NCBI GenBank assembly: GCA_963843575.1
Contig: CAWJKZ010000009.1
Span: 189,016-253,015, forward strand
Origin: an uncultured Acidobacteriota bacterium
Lineage (GTDB): Bacteria > Acidobacteriota > UBA6911
Direction: 5' to 3'
DNA length: 64,000 bases
The notes beneath the pieces were generated by a model. That model saw nothing but the letters and a program-made list of their open reading frames with translations. It did no database searches and was not told the DNA's origin. This document shows, piece by piece, positions 11,476 through 20,560 of the stretch (the first letter of the stretch is position 1; each line of letters opens with the position of its first letter). The translations under genes and the position numbers were made by a program.

Positions 11476-14400
11476 ATGGAGAGCGAGTTGCGGTCAGGCG
11501 AGCTTATAGGCCTGCGATATGCGGTTGAGGGCAGTCTGGGCAAAAGCGGACTAGGACAAACCTACAAATGCCGAGACTTATTCAATCAGGAGCAATATGT
11601 AGTTGTGAAAACCTTGCGGCGTGAAGCAAATGATAGTTTGATCCGAGCTATTCCCGCACTGATACGGCTCCGGCATCCGGGCCTTATACGGATCTTAGAT
11701 TTTGGAACTCTCTGCGACGGCGAAACGGCCTTCATTGTGGAGGAATTTGTTGATGGGAAGGACGTGTTCCACTCAACTCTAGGACGTAGTGTAAGAGAGC
11801 TCGTGCGCACCTTAGTAGACTTGTGTCGGGCTTTGCAGTATCTCCATATCAATGGTATTGCACATAGAAATCTGAAGCCAAGCAACATCGTGTTGGTTGC
11901 TGACAGCGGTAAAACAGAGACACTAAAACTACTTGATTATGGGCTGCTCCCCTCTACGCCCGGCTTTCAGAATCTAGCAGGTGCTAACAGGCTGGCCTAT
12001 ATGGCGCCTGAGATTCTTATGGGGCAATTACCAAGTTTGCGAACGGATCTGTACGCGTTGGGTGTTGTAGCGTATGAACTGTTTCTGCGCCGGTTGCCGT
12101 TTGATGATGACGACGAAGGCTATTTAGTGCAAAAGCACCTTCATGGCGAGGTTGATACCCGGCAATTCCAACGGATGCAGGGCGGGACCGCGCTGTCGCA
12201 GATTCTACGCACACTTCTTGAGAAGAACCCGGATAAGCGGCCATCATCTCCCGAAGAGGTAGTTCGACTGTTGAGCGTGGCGACAGGACTCGACTATGCT
12301 TCTACCTGCGCGACGACATCCGAGACCTACTTCTCAGTGGGGCCATTTGTCGGTCGGCTTAAGGAGATGGCGCTGCTGCAGAATATAGCGACGGAAGTGA
12401 AAACAAGTCGACATGGCAGGTCGGTTTTTGTCACTGGGGAAGGTGGAAGCGGAAAGACGAGGTTAATGGAGGAGTTCCGGACTTGGGCGCTGCTAAGCGG
12501 ATGGCGTGTTGTTGAAGGCAGTTGCTGGCCGGCAGAGGAGAAGACCTATTTGCCTTACCGGCAAATCCTTTCCGCAATGGATAGGCTTGATCCGGTGGGG
12601 ACCGTTGCGGCTGATAAATGCACCATATTTCGATTTGACGATCTCACAACGGTAAGCTCAGTGGCAGAATTGGATCCCACGTCCGATGCGGCTGCCCGGC
12701 AGTTTCGTGACAGACTCACTCGTGAGATGTTACGTCGACTATCGGGCCGACCTACGATTCTTTTGTTCCACGACTTCCACTACGCAGACGAAGCAACTGT
12801 GGCAATCTTAGATTACCTCTTATCGGATATAGCGTCAGAATCTCTGATGGTTTGCGTGAGCCTGCGCACGACAGGTGACCTTGCCGAGCCAATCAGGCGC
12901 GTGGTGGACCGACGTGTTAGGCTGCAGCACTCCAACAGAATCGAATTAGCGCCTTTAACAGAAGGGGATGTGGAGAACTGGGTTACCGGGCTAACTGGAT
13001 CACAAACGCTAGGTTTACGGTTGGGAAAATGGTTGCATCGAGGCGGAGGTGGTAATGCATTCTTTGTAGAAGAGATAATGAAGCACCTCATTGACCGTAC
13101 CATACTGCATCGCGTGTCTGGAAATTGGTTCCTGGACTCTGCAGCGATGGACCGGATGGAGGTTCCGGCTAGTGTAGCACTTCTCATTGGTAAACGGTTG
13201 AAGCTACTATCTGATCTAGCAGCTGAAATCTGTCGGTGGATCGCGGTGTTCAGGTGTGACGTTTCGCAGGAACTGCTTTGCTGCGCCAGCAATGTGTGCC
13301 TGGACGCGATGGACAAGGCGATCGCTGAGCTCATAGAAAGACGATTGGTGGAGAGGTGCTCTGATAGTGGGGAGGTCCATTTTCAGTTTTGCCACACACT
13401 GGTGGGCGATGTCGTTCGTGAACTCATCGTGCCGCGCAAACGCCGAAACATGCACTTGCGAATCGCTGAGGTGATCGAAGATGCATCCGAACCTGGGTCC
13501 CACATCCAAGAACTCGCATTTCACTATACAGAGTGCGGGAGCGGCCTGAAGGCAGTGCATTACGCACTTCGCGCCGCAGCCATATATAAGGCGGAATTCT
13601 CAAGCGAGCCGGCACTCAGGATGTGCGAATTCGTCCTTCGCCACGGGGACGGAATGTCTCACGATGAGATATCTGAAGTTGCCATAATGGCGGCCGAATT
13701 ATGCTGCGCCCTGGGCGTATCGAAACGTGCTCGCCGTATTCTAGCTGGTCAGCTGATTCCTCCCAGTTCGGGGAGGCGGGGGATGCGAGGCCGTCTTCAG
13801 CTTTCTCTAGCCAGATGCTACCAATTCTCTGGACAATTATCGAAATCAAAGTCCATTGCACAACGTGGATTGAGGACACTCAGCAGGCAGCACTGCGATG
13901 CGGCGGTGGACCTTATTCGCCCCGCACTGTTAGCCCAGATTGCATTTTGCCTGATGGCTGAGTCGCGGCCACGATCAGGACTTCGGTTGGCGAGGAAGGC
14001 TCTGAAGGATTTAGGTGACGCGGCAGATGGGACGCTAGTTGGGCACCTTCACACCTTGATTGCAGGTCTTTGTTGTATAGCCTGCGAATTTGAAGAGGGT
14101 CGTCAGGCAGCACTGAAGGCGATTGAGATACTTGAGCCGTTAAATGCCATTGATCTGTTACCCATTGCATACAGTCACCTAGGAATTAACCTTGCGGGAT
14201 TGGGACGTCTGGCAGATGGAGTGGAGACCCACAGGAAGGCAGTCAATCTGAGTCGGAAGTCACGCTCGGCGCTGCTTAAATGTCAGGCAATGTGTAATTT
14301 GGCCGAGTGTTATCATCGGTCTGGACAAATTGCGGCTGCGTACACGCAATGTCGGGAGATGCTGAAAATAGCGGACGAGGTTGATAATACTCAGATCCAA

Positions 14401-16827
14401 TATGCAGGTGACGTTTGTCTTCTTGGCATTGAGATTGCGGATGGCGAATATGCTGGTGCGACTAAGACATTAGACAGGATTCGTAAAATGGATTGTCGTA
14501 GACTTCCAATCTATGCTCGGGCTCAGGCATTGTATTATGCTGCATCGTTAGAGGTGCGACTGGGTGAATATCGTGCTGCGGAAGTCGATTTAGATGAGCT
14601 TGAGTCTTTTGTTGGGAAGGAGACGCCAATTTATGAGGCAAGCTTAGGCCTCATGCTAAGGCTATGGATTAGTCACCGGAGGGGAGAGCATGAGTTCGCA
14701 GTGAGGCAAATGATTGTTCTTAGGAGATTGCTTCGGCGGCGGCATTGGTTATTCCAATTGGCCTTGTTGGATCTGCAATTATCTAAGATCTATTTTGACA
14801 GTGATGATGTTGAAAAGGCAGGACGTTCTGCGCGGTCGGCGGTGCGACTGGCAAAGAGAATTCCCGCTGTCCAGATTCAAGCTGAGGCTCAACTCGTGCT
14901 TGCCCGTGCGTTGTTGGCGAGTGACGGTGCAGGTTCAGGATCATCGGAATCTGTGGAAAGTATTAAACAAACTGAGCGGAGGTGCAAAGAAGTGAAGGAG
15001 ATGCTAGAGGCCGCTGGTGCAGGGAACCATACGTGGCAGGTTTGCTGCGAGTTGGCTAGAGTCGCTATGGTGCAGCATAGCCAAGCAGAGGCTTCACTGC
15101 ATTGCGAGGAAGCGCTTGGAGGTATAAGGTCCTATGAATACAAGCTAGGACCGTTACATAAGAAACTTGATGAGTGTCGTTTCGCGAGGAACCAATGTGA
15201 AAGAATGATGGAGCAGTGTAGGCCGTTGCCCGGTAGGTTATGTGCAGATCCGGGCCTAATGGAGGAGATTCAGCTACGAATGCTGTTGCGATTCAGTGCT
15301 ATTATGAACTCTATAACACCACTGAATGAATTAGTTAAAACCGTAGTTAATTTGCTAGAAGAGATGCATAAGCGCAGTCAAGTGATGCTCTTTATGGTAG
15401 GAGATACGGAAGGGCAGCTGCGACTCGTGCGTGGAAATTGCGACGCGGCGGAAGAGGACGCTGCTACGGTCGGCATTGTGAATTACGTTTACAGAACCTC
15501 GAGCCCTTTTGTCACTGGGGATGGCTTCATGGATCAACGTTTAGGTTCAGTGATAGATGAAAAAGTGTGCGGCACTATTTTCTGTGGTCCGGTCAGAACG
15601 TCTGATGGAATTGTTGGAGTTATTTACATTGCGAATCGCGAGCGAACGGGACCTATAGAGGTTGGGAACATCAACGCATTTGAGACCTTCTGTAATCTCG
15701 CTGGCATCGCAATAGGAAATGCGATCAGGAATAGAAATCTTGCAGAGGAGAAAGAGCGGCTTGAGCTTAGAGTGGAAAGAGCTGAAAATTCTCAGAACAA
15801 CATTATTGGGCGAAGCGAAGTTATGCAAGCGCTTAAAAGAAGAATTGCCGTCGTTGGCTCTTCGCCACTTGACGTTCTTATAATGGGTGAGAGTGGTACG
15901 GGCAAGGAATTGGTTGCGAAGGCCTTGCATAAGGTGGGTAGGCGGAGTGGAATGCCTTTGATTGCGCTGGATTGTGGAGCGTTGACGGATAACCTTATTG
16001 AAGGTGAATTGTTTGGGTATCGGAAGGGCTCGTTTACCGGTGCGACCGAAACGAAGGCGGGGCTGATTGAGTCGGCGAATGGGGGGGTACTTTTTCTGGA
16101 CGAGGTATCGAATTTGCCGCTGCGATTGCAGGGCAAATTATTGAGGGCTTTGCAGGAGAGAGAGATAAGACGATTGGGGGAAATCGTCCCACGGAGAGTC
16201 GATATTCAAATTATTGCTGCAACTAATAAGGAACTCCGATATGAAGTTCAGAAGGGTAGGTTCCGGAAGGATCTATTCTATCGAATTAATTCAGTCGAAA
16301 TTCGAGTCCCGCCACTTCGCGAACATAGAGAGGATGTCGCTGAATTGGTAGAGCATTTTATGAAGGAATTGACTGTCGCTGAGAATGGTAGAGCGAAATG
16401 CTTCGGCAGAGAGGCACTTGGTGTTCTAAAGGCGTATGGATATCCTGGGAATGTGAGAGAATTAAAGAATATTGTGCAAAGCGCATACTATTGTGCTCTT
16501 TCCTCAACAATAACGCTGCAGGATCTGCCATGCGAATTTCGTGAAGTGGAGGCCATGGAGCTGGACGATAATAGCGCTGCAAGCATTATCGAACTGCTGA
16601 GGAACCGTAAGGGAAATTTTGAAGAACTGGTCAAGACTCCTTTTATTAGACACGAATTCGGTGTGTCTGTGCTTCGGGAAATTATAAGGGCATTCTTGCG
16701 GGACGCAAAGGGTCGATATCGCTTAGCGTTTAGGGCGATGCAGGTGCCGGAAAGGGATTATTCGGTTACGATACAATTTCTGAAGCGCCACAGGGGTTAT
16801 CTCGATTTTAGATTATTTAGGTGGTAA
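11476..16827 (+). CDS. giant Ser/Thr kinase-like + P-loop ATPase + TPR + GAF + sigma54-interacting activator (1783 aa)
   Basis: HRNLKPSN/LLDYG/YMAPE kinase domain; GEGGSGKT; helical repeats; GESGTGKE, GSFTGA, LFLDEV and YPGNVRELKN of a bacterial enhancer-binding protein. Confidence 0.9.
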   Translation: MESELRSGELIGLRYAVEGSLGKSGLGQTYKCRDLFNQEQYVVVKTLRREANDSLIRAIPALIRLRHPGLIRILDFGTLCDGETAFIVEEFVDGKDVFHSTLGRSVRELVRTLVDLCRALQYLHINGIAHRNLKPSNIVLVADSGKTETLKLLDYGLLPSTPGFQNLAGANRLAYMAPEILMGQLPSLRTDLYALGVVAYELFLRRLPFDDDDEGYLVQKHLHGEVDTRQFQRMQGGTALSQILRTLLEKNPDKRPSSPEEVVRLLSVATGLDYASTCATTSETYFSVGPFVGRLKEMALLQNIATEVKTSRHGRSVFVTGEGGSGKTRLMEEFRTWALLSGWRVVEGSCWPAEEKTYLPYRQILSAMDRLDPVGTVAADKCTIFRFDDLTTVSSVAELDPTSDAAARQFRDRLTREMLRRLSGRPTILLFHDFHYADEATVAILDYLLSDIASESLMVCVSLRTTGDLAEPIRRVVDRRVRLQHSNRIELAPLTEGDVENWVTGLTGSQTLGLRLGKWLHRGGGGNAFFVEEIMKHLIDRTILHRVSGNWFLDSAAMDRMEVPASVALLIGKRLKLLSDLAAEICRWIAVFRCDVSQELLCCASNVCLDAMDKAIAELIERRLVERCSDSGEVHFQFCHTLVGDVVRELIVPRKRRNMHLRIAEVIEDASEPGSHIQELAFHYTECGSGLKAVHYALRAAAIYKAEFSSEPALRMCEFVLRHGDGMSHDEISEVAIMAAELCCALGVSKRARRILAGQLIPPSSGRRGMRGRLQLSLARCYQFSGQLSKSKSIAQRGLRTLSRQHCDAAVDLIRPALLAQIAFCLMAESRPRSGLRLARKALKDLGDAADGTLVGHLHTLIAGLCCIACEFEEGRQAALKAIEILEPLNAIDLLPIAYSHLGINLAGLGRLADGVETHRKAVNLSRKSRSALLKCQAMCNLAECYHRSGQIAAAYTQCREMLKIADEVDNTQIQYAGDVCLLGIEIADGEYAGATKTLDRIRKMDCRRLPIYARAQALYYAASLEVRLGEYRAAEVDLDELESFVGKETPIYEASLGLMLRLWISHRRGEHEFAVRQMIVLRRLLRRRHWLFQLALLDLQLSKIYFDSDDVEKAGRSARSAVRLAKRIPAVQIQAEAQLVLARALLASDGAGSGSSESVESIKQTERRCKEVKEMLEAAGAGNHTWQVCCELARVAMVQHSQAEASLHCEEALGGIRSYEYKLGPLHKKLDECRFARNQCERMMEQCRPLPGRLCADPGLMEEIQLRMLLRFSAIMNSITPLNELVKTVVNLLEEMHKRSQVMLFMVGDTEGQLRLVRGNCDAAEEDAATVGIVNYVYRTSSPFVTGDGFMDQRLGSVIDEKVCGTIFCGPVRTSDGIVGVIYIANRERTGPIEVGNINAFETFCNLAGIAIGNAIRNRNLAEEKERLELRVERAENSQNNIIGRSEVMQALKRRIAVVGSSPLDVLIMGESGTGKELVAKALHKVGRRSGMPLIALDCGALTDNLIEGELFGYRKGSFTGATETKAGLIESANGGVLFLDEVSNLPLRLQGKLLRALQEREIRRLGEIVPRRVDIQIIAATNKELRYEVQKGRFRKDLFYRINSVEIRVPPLREHREDVAELVEHFMKELTVAENGRAKCFGREALGVLKAYGYPGNVRELKNIVQSAYYCALSSTITLQDLPCEFREVEAMELDDNSAASIIELLRNRKGNFEELVKTPFIRHEFGVSVLREIIRAFLRDAKGRYRLAFRAMQVPERDYSVTIQFLKRHRGYLDFRLFRW

Positions 16828-16841
16828 ACGGAGTGGATGAA

Positions 16842-19295
16842 CTAGGTTTGATCTTTGGCTCTGGGAGAGAATTCAATTATGTGTCTGCTGGAGTCGTCCT
16901 CGACAGGATTGCCGAGCTTGGCATGCTCGGTGAGCTGCTGTTGGGCACAGCGTAGAAGGGCAACGAGGCTGTCGCCATCATTAGGGTATGAGGATACGGC
17001 AAAATTGCAGTTTGCATAGACATTGTGTGCGAAAATGTTCGGCGTCGCCGTGTTCCATACCTGAGACTGCAGGCGTTGCCCATATCGAACAGCCTGTTCT
17101 GCACGAACGCCTGGGAGTAAAGCGATAAAGGACTGATAACCATATCGGACGAGGACGTCGGTTTGCCTTATCTCAGCTCGAAATAGGTCGGCGATATTTT
17201 TGGCGACCGCGCTGGCAGTTTCCGTTCCGTACAAATTCACAATATGGTGGTAGTTTCTGATGTCAAAAAAGAGAAGGGATAGTGGAGAGCTATTTTGCCG
17301 GGCGAGGTTTGTTAATTGTTCGCCTGCAACATATAGGTAGGGTACGCCATGAGTATCGGTGAGAGGGTCTCGATGAGTTGGTTGGTGAAATGCGGTGGTT
17401 CCCGCGGAGCTCGCCAACAATGGAGCAAGCTGCTCGGCGACGGCCTGAAGGAGAGCAAGTTGGGTGCTAGAAAAGGAACGACTGGCTTCACTGTAGAGTG
17501 TAATTGCGCCCAGGCACTTTCCGTCGAAGAGCAACGGCACCGAGAGGACATCTGAGAAAGAGGCCAAGCGTCCTGGGAGATCGTGAAATTCAAGTGCAGG
17601 ATTAGTATTATAAATTGGCCGCTTATATGCAGCAACCCAACCACTGACGCCTTTGCCTAACTCAAGGCGGAAATCTAGTAGTTGATCTGCATACTTTCCC
17701 GAGGTGTGAACTGCACGAACCGAATTGCTACCCTCGTCGGTAAAGAAGGCACACATGGTGAATGGTATAAGTCGACGCAGTCGTCTCGATACAACGTCAA
17801 AAACATCAGTTAGTTCCAGTTGTCTGCCGATGCTATGGCAGAATTCGAAGAGGTGGATGAGCTCCGAAGATGACGGCACGTTCGGAATTAGATCAGAGAT
17901 GCTCAAGTTGGAACAAGAAAGTTCACGGTCGACAGTCTCGAAGTACCTTCGAAAGGAAAGTTCCGGCATATTTTGAGCTGCTTCATCAGCAGATTTTTCG
18001 AGAGCAGCAATATGTTGCACAAGAATATTCACAAGTGACGGATCATATGCGGTTCCGGCTTGTGACTTCAAAAGTTCGACTGAATCCTGTATCCCGAATG
18101 ATAACTTATACGGTCTGTTTGAGCGGATGGCATCAAAGGCGTCGGCTATCGCCAGAATACGAGCGCCGAGCGGTATCTGGTCGGCTTTAAGCCCGTCAGG
18201 ATAGCCTTGGCCGTCCCAACGTTCATGATGACAACGGACATACAGCGCGACTGGGAAAGGGAAACGGATCTGACGGAGTATTTCATCTCCGGCTGCTGCA
18301 TGCATCTTCATCTTATCGAATTCTTGCTTACTGAGGCGCCCCGGTTTGTTGAGAATATAATCGTCTATTGCCAATTTGCCGATGTCGTGTAACAGCGACC
18401 CTGTTTCAATTGCCATCAGGTCGTTTGGATCTGTTATGCCAGCGAGTTTAGCCAAGCCAAGAGCATAGGCTCTGACGCGACGTATGTGTCCGTAAGTGGT
18501 CTGGTCCTTCGCGTCGACAGCCAGCGCAAGTGATTCGACGGTTCTGAGGTAAAGTTGTTCTTGTTCTTTGAGGTGTTTCTCGGCCTCCATGGCTTTGGCT
18601 TTGTTCAGCTTGTTCCAGCCCCAGACCACACCGATGAGAGGGGCGACCGCCAGCGGAACCCAGGGCGAGTCGTCTCGATACAGCTTGACAATAAAAGCAG
18701 CGGAAACGGCGGATACCGAAAATTCAACTCCGAGTGACAAATAGTTTTGTGTCCAAAATTTTATTACATGCTGACCGCTGGCGAATGAGATGGCAGTTGC
18801 GGTGGAAAGAGAGTTAAGAATGAAGAAGGTGGTTGTCAGCGCCACAATAGGCAAGAGGATCTCAGTTCCGTTTCGACTGAGCGTCGGATTTAGATAACAA
18901 TAGATGTGGCTATAGAGCCAGGCACAACAAACGGTGCTCGAAATATTAAAAACGACGCGGTATGGGTATATCTTCGGTCTGTTGGGTACGAGAAGCGATC
19001 CGGCGAGCGTGTGCGATAGAGTTGCGACAATACAAGGAGAGGTGCCATATATCATGGCGATTGCCATGACGTAGGCATCGCCGATTCCCACAATGGTGCT
19101 TACCGACGGCAGAAGTAGATAAAAGGGAACGGTGAGGACAGTAAGGACAATAAGGACGATCCATCCGCTATCATTTGGATGTGAATTATATACTAGATCC
19201 CAAAACGAATACCAGATAACTGGAAATGCGAATGCGCTTAACAGGACTATATAGAGCTTAAGTTTTGAAGGAAGGTCGTGCCAAGTCATCGACAT
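16842..19295 (-). CDS. membrane-anchored HD-GYP phosphodiesterase with GAF and degenerate GGDEF domains
   Basis: About six N-terminal TM helices; AVDAKDQTTYGH, LHDIGK and HHERWDGQGYP; GAF (GVSGWVAA); GGDEF site reads YGYQSF. Confidence 0.9.
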   Translation of the reverse strand: MSMTWHDLPSKLKLYIVLLSAFAFPVIWYSFWDLVYNSHPNDSGWIVLIVLTVLTVPFYLLLPSVSTIVGIGDAYVMAIAMIYGTSPCIVATLSHTLAGSLLVPNRPKIYPYRVVFNISSTVCCAWLYSHIYCYLNPTLSRNGTEILLPIVALTTTFFILNSLSTATAISFASGQHVIKFWTQNYLSLGVEFSVSAVSAAFIVKLYRDDSPWVPLAVAPLIGVVWGWNKLNKAKAMEAEKHLKEQEQLYLRTVESLALAVDAKDQTTYGHIRRVRAYALGLAKLAGITDPNDLMAIETGSLLHDIGKLAIDDYILNKPGRLSKQEFDKMKMHAAAGDEILRQIRFPFPVALYVRCHHERWDGQGYPDGLKADQIPLGARILAIADAFDAIRSNRPYKLSFGIQDSVELLKSQAGTAYDPSLVNILVQHIAALEKSADEAAQNMPELSFRRYFETVDRELSCSNLSISDLIPNVPSSSELIHLFEFCHSIGRQLELTDVFDVVSRRLRRLIPFTMCAFFTDEGSNSVRAVHTSGKYADQLLDFRLELGKGVSGWVAAYKRPIYNTNPALEFHDLPGRLASFSDVLSVPLLFDGKCLGAITLYSEASRSFSSTQLALLQAVAEQLAPLLASSAGTTAFHQPTHRDPLTDTHGVPYLYVAGEQLTNLARQNSSPLSLLFFDIRNYHHIVNLYGTETASAVAKNIADLFRAEIRQTDVLVRYGYQSFIALLPGVRAEQAVRYGQRLQSQVWNTATPNIFAHNVYANCNFAVSSYPNDGDSLVALLRCAQQQLTEHAKLGNPVEDDSSRHIIEFSPRAKDQT

Positions 19296-19511
19296 AGGCA
19301 GGCTACGAAAGAGCTCCAGCACTCAAAGCATCGAACCAGAACAAGGAGTGTAATGGTCTTCGTACCGTTGGCATGAGCACCACAAGAACTAGCGGAATGC
19401 GGACTGCTTGTCTCCTAAGGAGTAAGAATACTTAAGTGTTTCATAAAGTTGGGAACAGCGATATCCCTGAGCCCTCGACCAAAGGTAATCGGTCCAGGTT
19501 CGCGATCCCGA

Positions 19512-19571
19512 TTACAGCCAGAGGACACTTGGACTTTCGCGCATTTCAAGAAGTTCTATATCGGTCTGCAC
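19512..19571 (-). CDS. micro-peptide 5: MQTDIELLEMRESPSVLWL (GTG start)
   Basis: AAAGGTGG RBS-like motif; diverged paralogue of the two neighbouring 19-aa ORFs with the same length and C-terminus. Confidence 0.75.
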   Translation of the reverse strand: MQTDIELLEMRESPSVLWL

Positions 19572-19593
19572 GTTTACCACCTTTAGAGGCTTG

Positions 19594-19653
19594 TTAAAGC
19601 CAGAGAACGCTCGGGTTTTCGCGGGATTCGAGGATTTCGATTTCGGTCTGCAT
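19594..19653 (-). CDS. micro-peptide 4: MQTEIEILESRENPSVLWL
   Basis: Same peptide as 19682..19741, differing only by synonymous codons and the stop codon; weak AGGT RBS. Confidence 0.8.
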   Translation of the reverse strand: MQTEIEILESRENPSVLWL

Positions 19654-19681
19654 GTTGTTAAACCTGTGCTTCAGTGCTAAT

Positions 19682-19741
19682 CTAGAGCCAAAGGACGCTC
19701 GGGTTTTCGCGGGATTCGAGGATTTCGATTTCGGTCTGCAT
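19682..19741 (-). CDS. micro-peptide 3: MQTEIEILESRENPSVLWL
   Basis: AGGAG RBS 6 nt before ATG; DNA identity with the next copy is confined to the ORF. Confidence 0.82.
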   Translation of the reverse strand: MQTEIEILESRENPSVLWL

Positions 19742-19803
19742 TTGAGGCTCCTGATGGGTCAAAAATTCGGTTTTGGGTTTCAAACGTGTTTTGCGGGAGG
19801 TGC

Positions 19804-19836
19804 TTACAGCCAGAGAATTGCGCCTGGATGCGACAT
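19804..19836 (-). CDS. micro-peptide 2: MSHPGAILWL
   Basis: AAGGAG RBS 6 nt before ATG; duplicate of 19906..19938 with CTC/CTG and TAA/TAG differences. Confidence 0.78.
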   Translation of the reverse strand: MSHPGAILWL

Positions 19837-19905
19837 GGAATGCTCCTTCTTTGTTACGGTTTGAGGTGAGTTGCCTGCACGATCGCCCGGACGGGCGGCC
19901 CGCGC

Positions 19906-19938
19906 CTACAGCCACAGAATTGCGCCTGGATGCGACAT
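19906..19938 (-). CDS. micro-peptide 1: MSHPGAILWL
   Basis: GGAGG RBS 9 nt before ATG; shares the P-x-x-(x)-LWL C-terminus with the other four ORFs. Confidence 0.78.
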   Translation of the reverse strand: MSHPGAILWL

Positions 19939-20527
19939 GGTTTGTTGCCTCCGATGCTTTGATCATGGTTTTCATCTTAACTAACACCCCGTTGGACCCC
20001 ATTGTCCACCGGCCCCACCGCACCTGCTGTGGGCAGTGTCACACGCGCCGCAGATTCCACTGCAGGTGGACTGCGACTCTAACTCCTATGGACGTAGTTG
20101 CTTACGACAGGTGAGTGCCGGGCGGTGCCGTAGAGACACATCGAAATGGGGGGCAATACTCCCCCACTCCGCGGCGCCCTACGCGCGCTTGACCGCTGCC
20201 GGACCTTCTGCAGCTTCAGCTTCGCTCTTGTTCAATTTGGTCGCGCCCGAAATCATCCGACGGTGGCTGGCCGCCCGACCAGGCGCTTTTCCTTGAAAGA
20301 GCTATTCGAGAATTGCCGACCCCCGCAAACTCCCGGGGGATTCGCTGCCCCTCAACCCTGCCGCGCAAACCCATCAACAAAGGGTCTACGCCCAGTAGCA
20401 ATGCAATTGATTAATATGGAGGCGAGATTAATGACGTCGCCACGGGCATGTCAATAAGAATTTGCAGATTTTTCAGATTATGTGGTTTTGACCGGAAATA
20501 AGGGAATTCACAGAATTCATGAAAATC

Positions 20528-20553
20528 GGGGCCGCGGCGGGCCGCCGCGGCCC
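20528..20553. terminator. GC-rich hairpin downstream of the M50-HlyD gene
   Basis: GGGCCGCGGCG-N3-CGCCGCGGCCC stem immediately after the stop codon; same stem as at 4652. Confidence 0.45.
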
Positions 20554-20560
20554 ACTTTTG

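Noticed and set aside
19512-19938. CRISPR array or non-coding tandem repeat
   Set aside because: Units are of two types (60 and 33 nt), are not palindromic, are bounded by start and stop codons and vary at third positions; no cas genes are present.
19682-20023. 113-aa ORF from the track with an internal HVASRRNS repeat
   Set aside because: It reads the two 10-aa micro-ORFs out of frame and runs into the third. The RBS positions and silent-site pattern support the short ORFs instead.
19940-20520. Sigma54 (-24/-12) promoter or c-di-GMP riboswitch upstream of the peptide array
   Set aside because: By eye I found no GG-N10-GC with TGGCAC/TTGC context and no convincing GEMM motif; a covariance-model or PWM scan would be needed.
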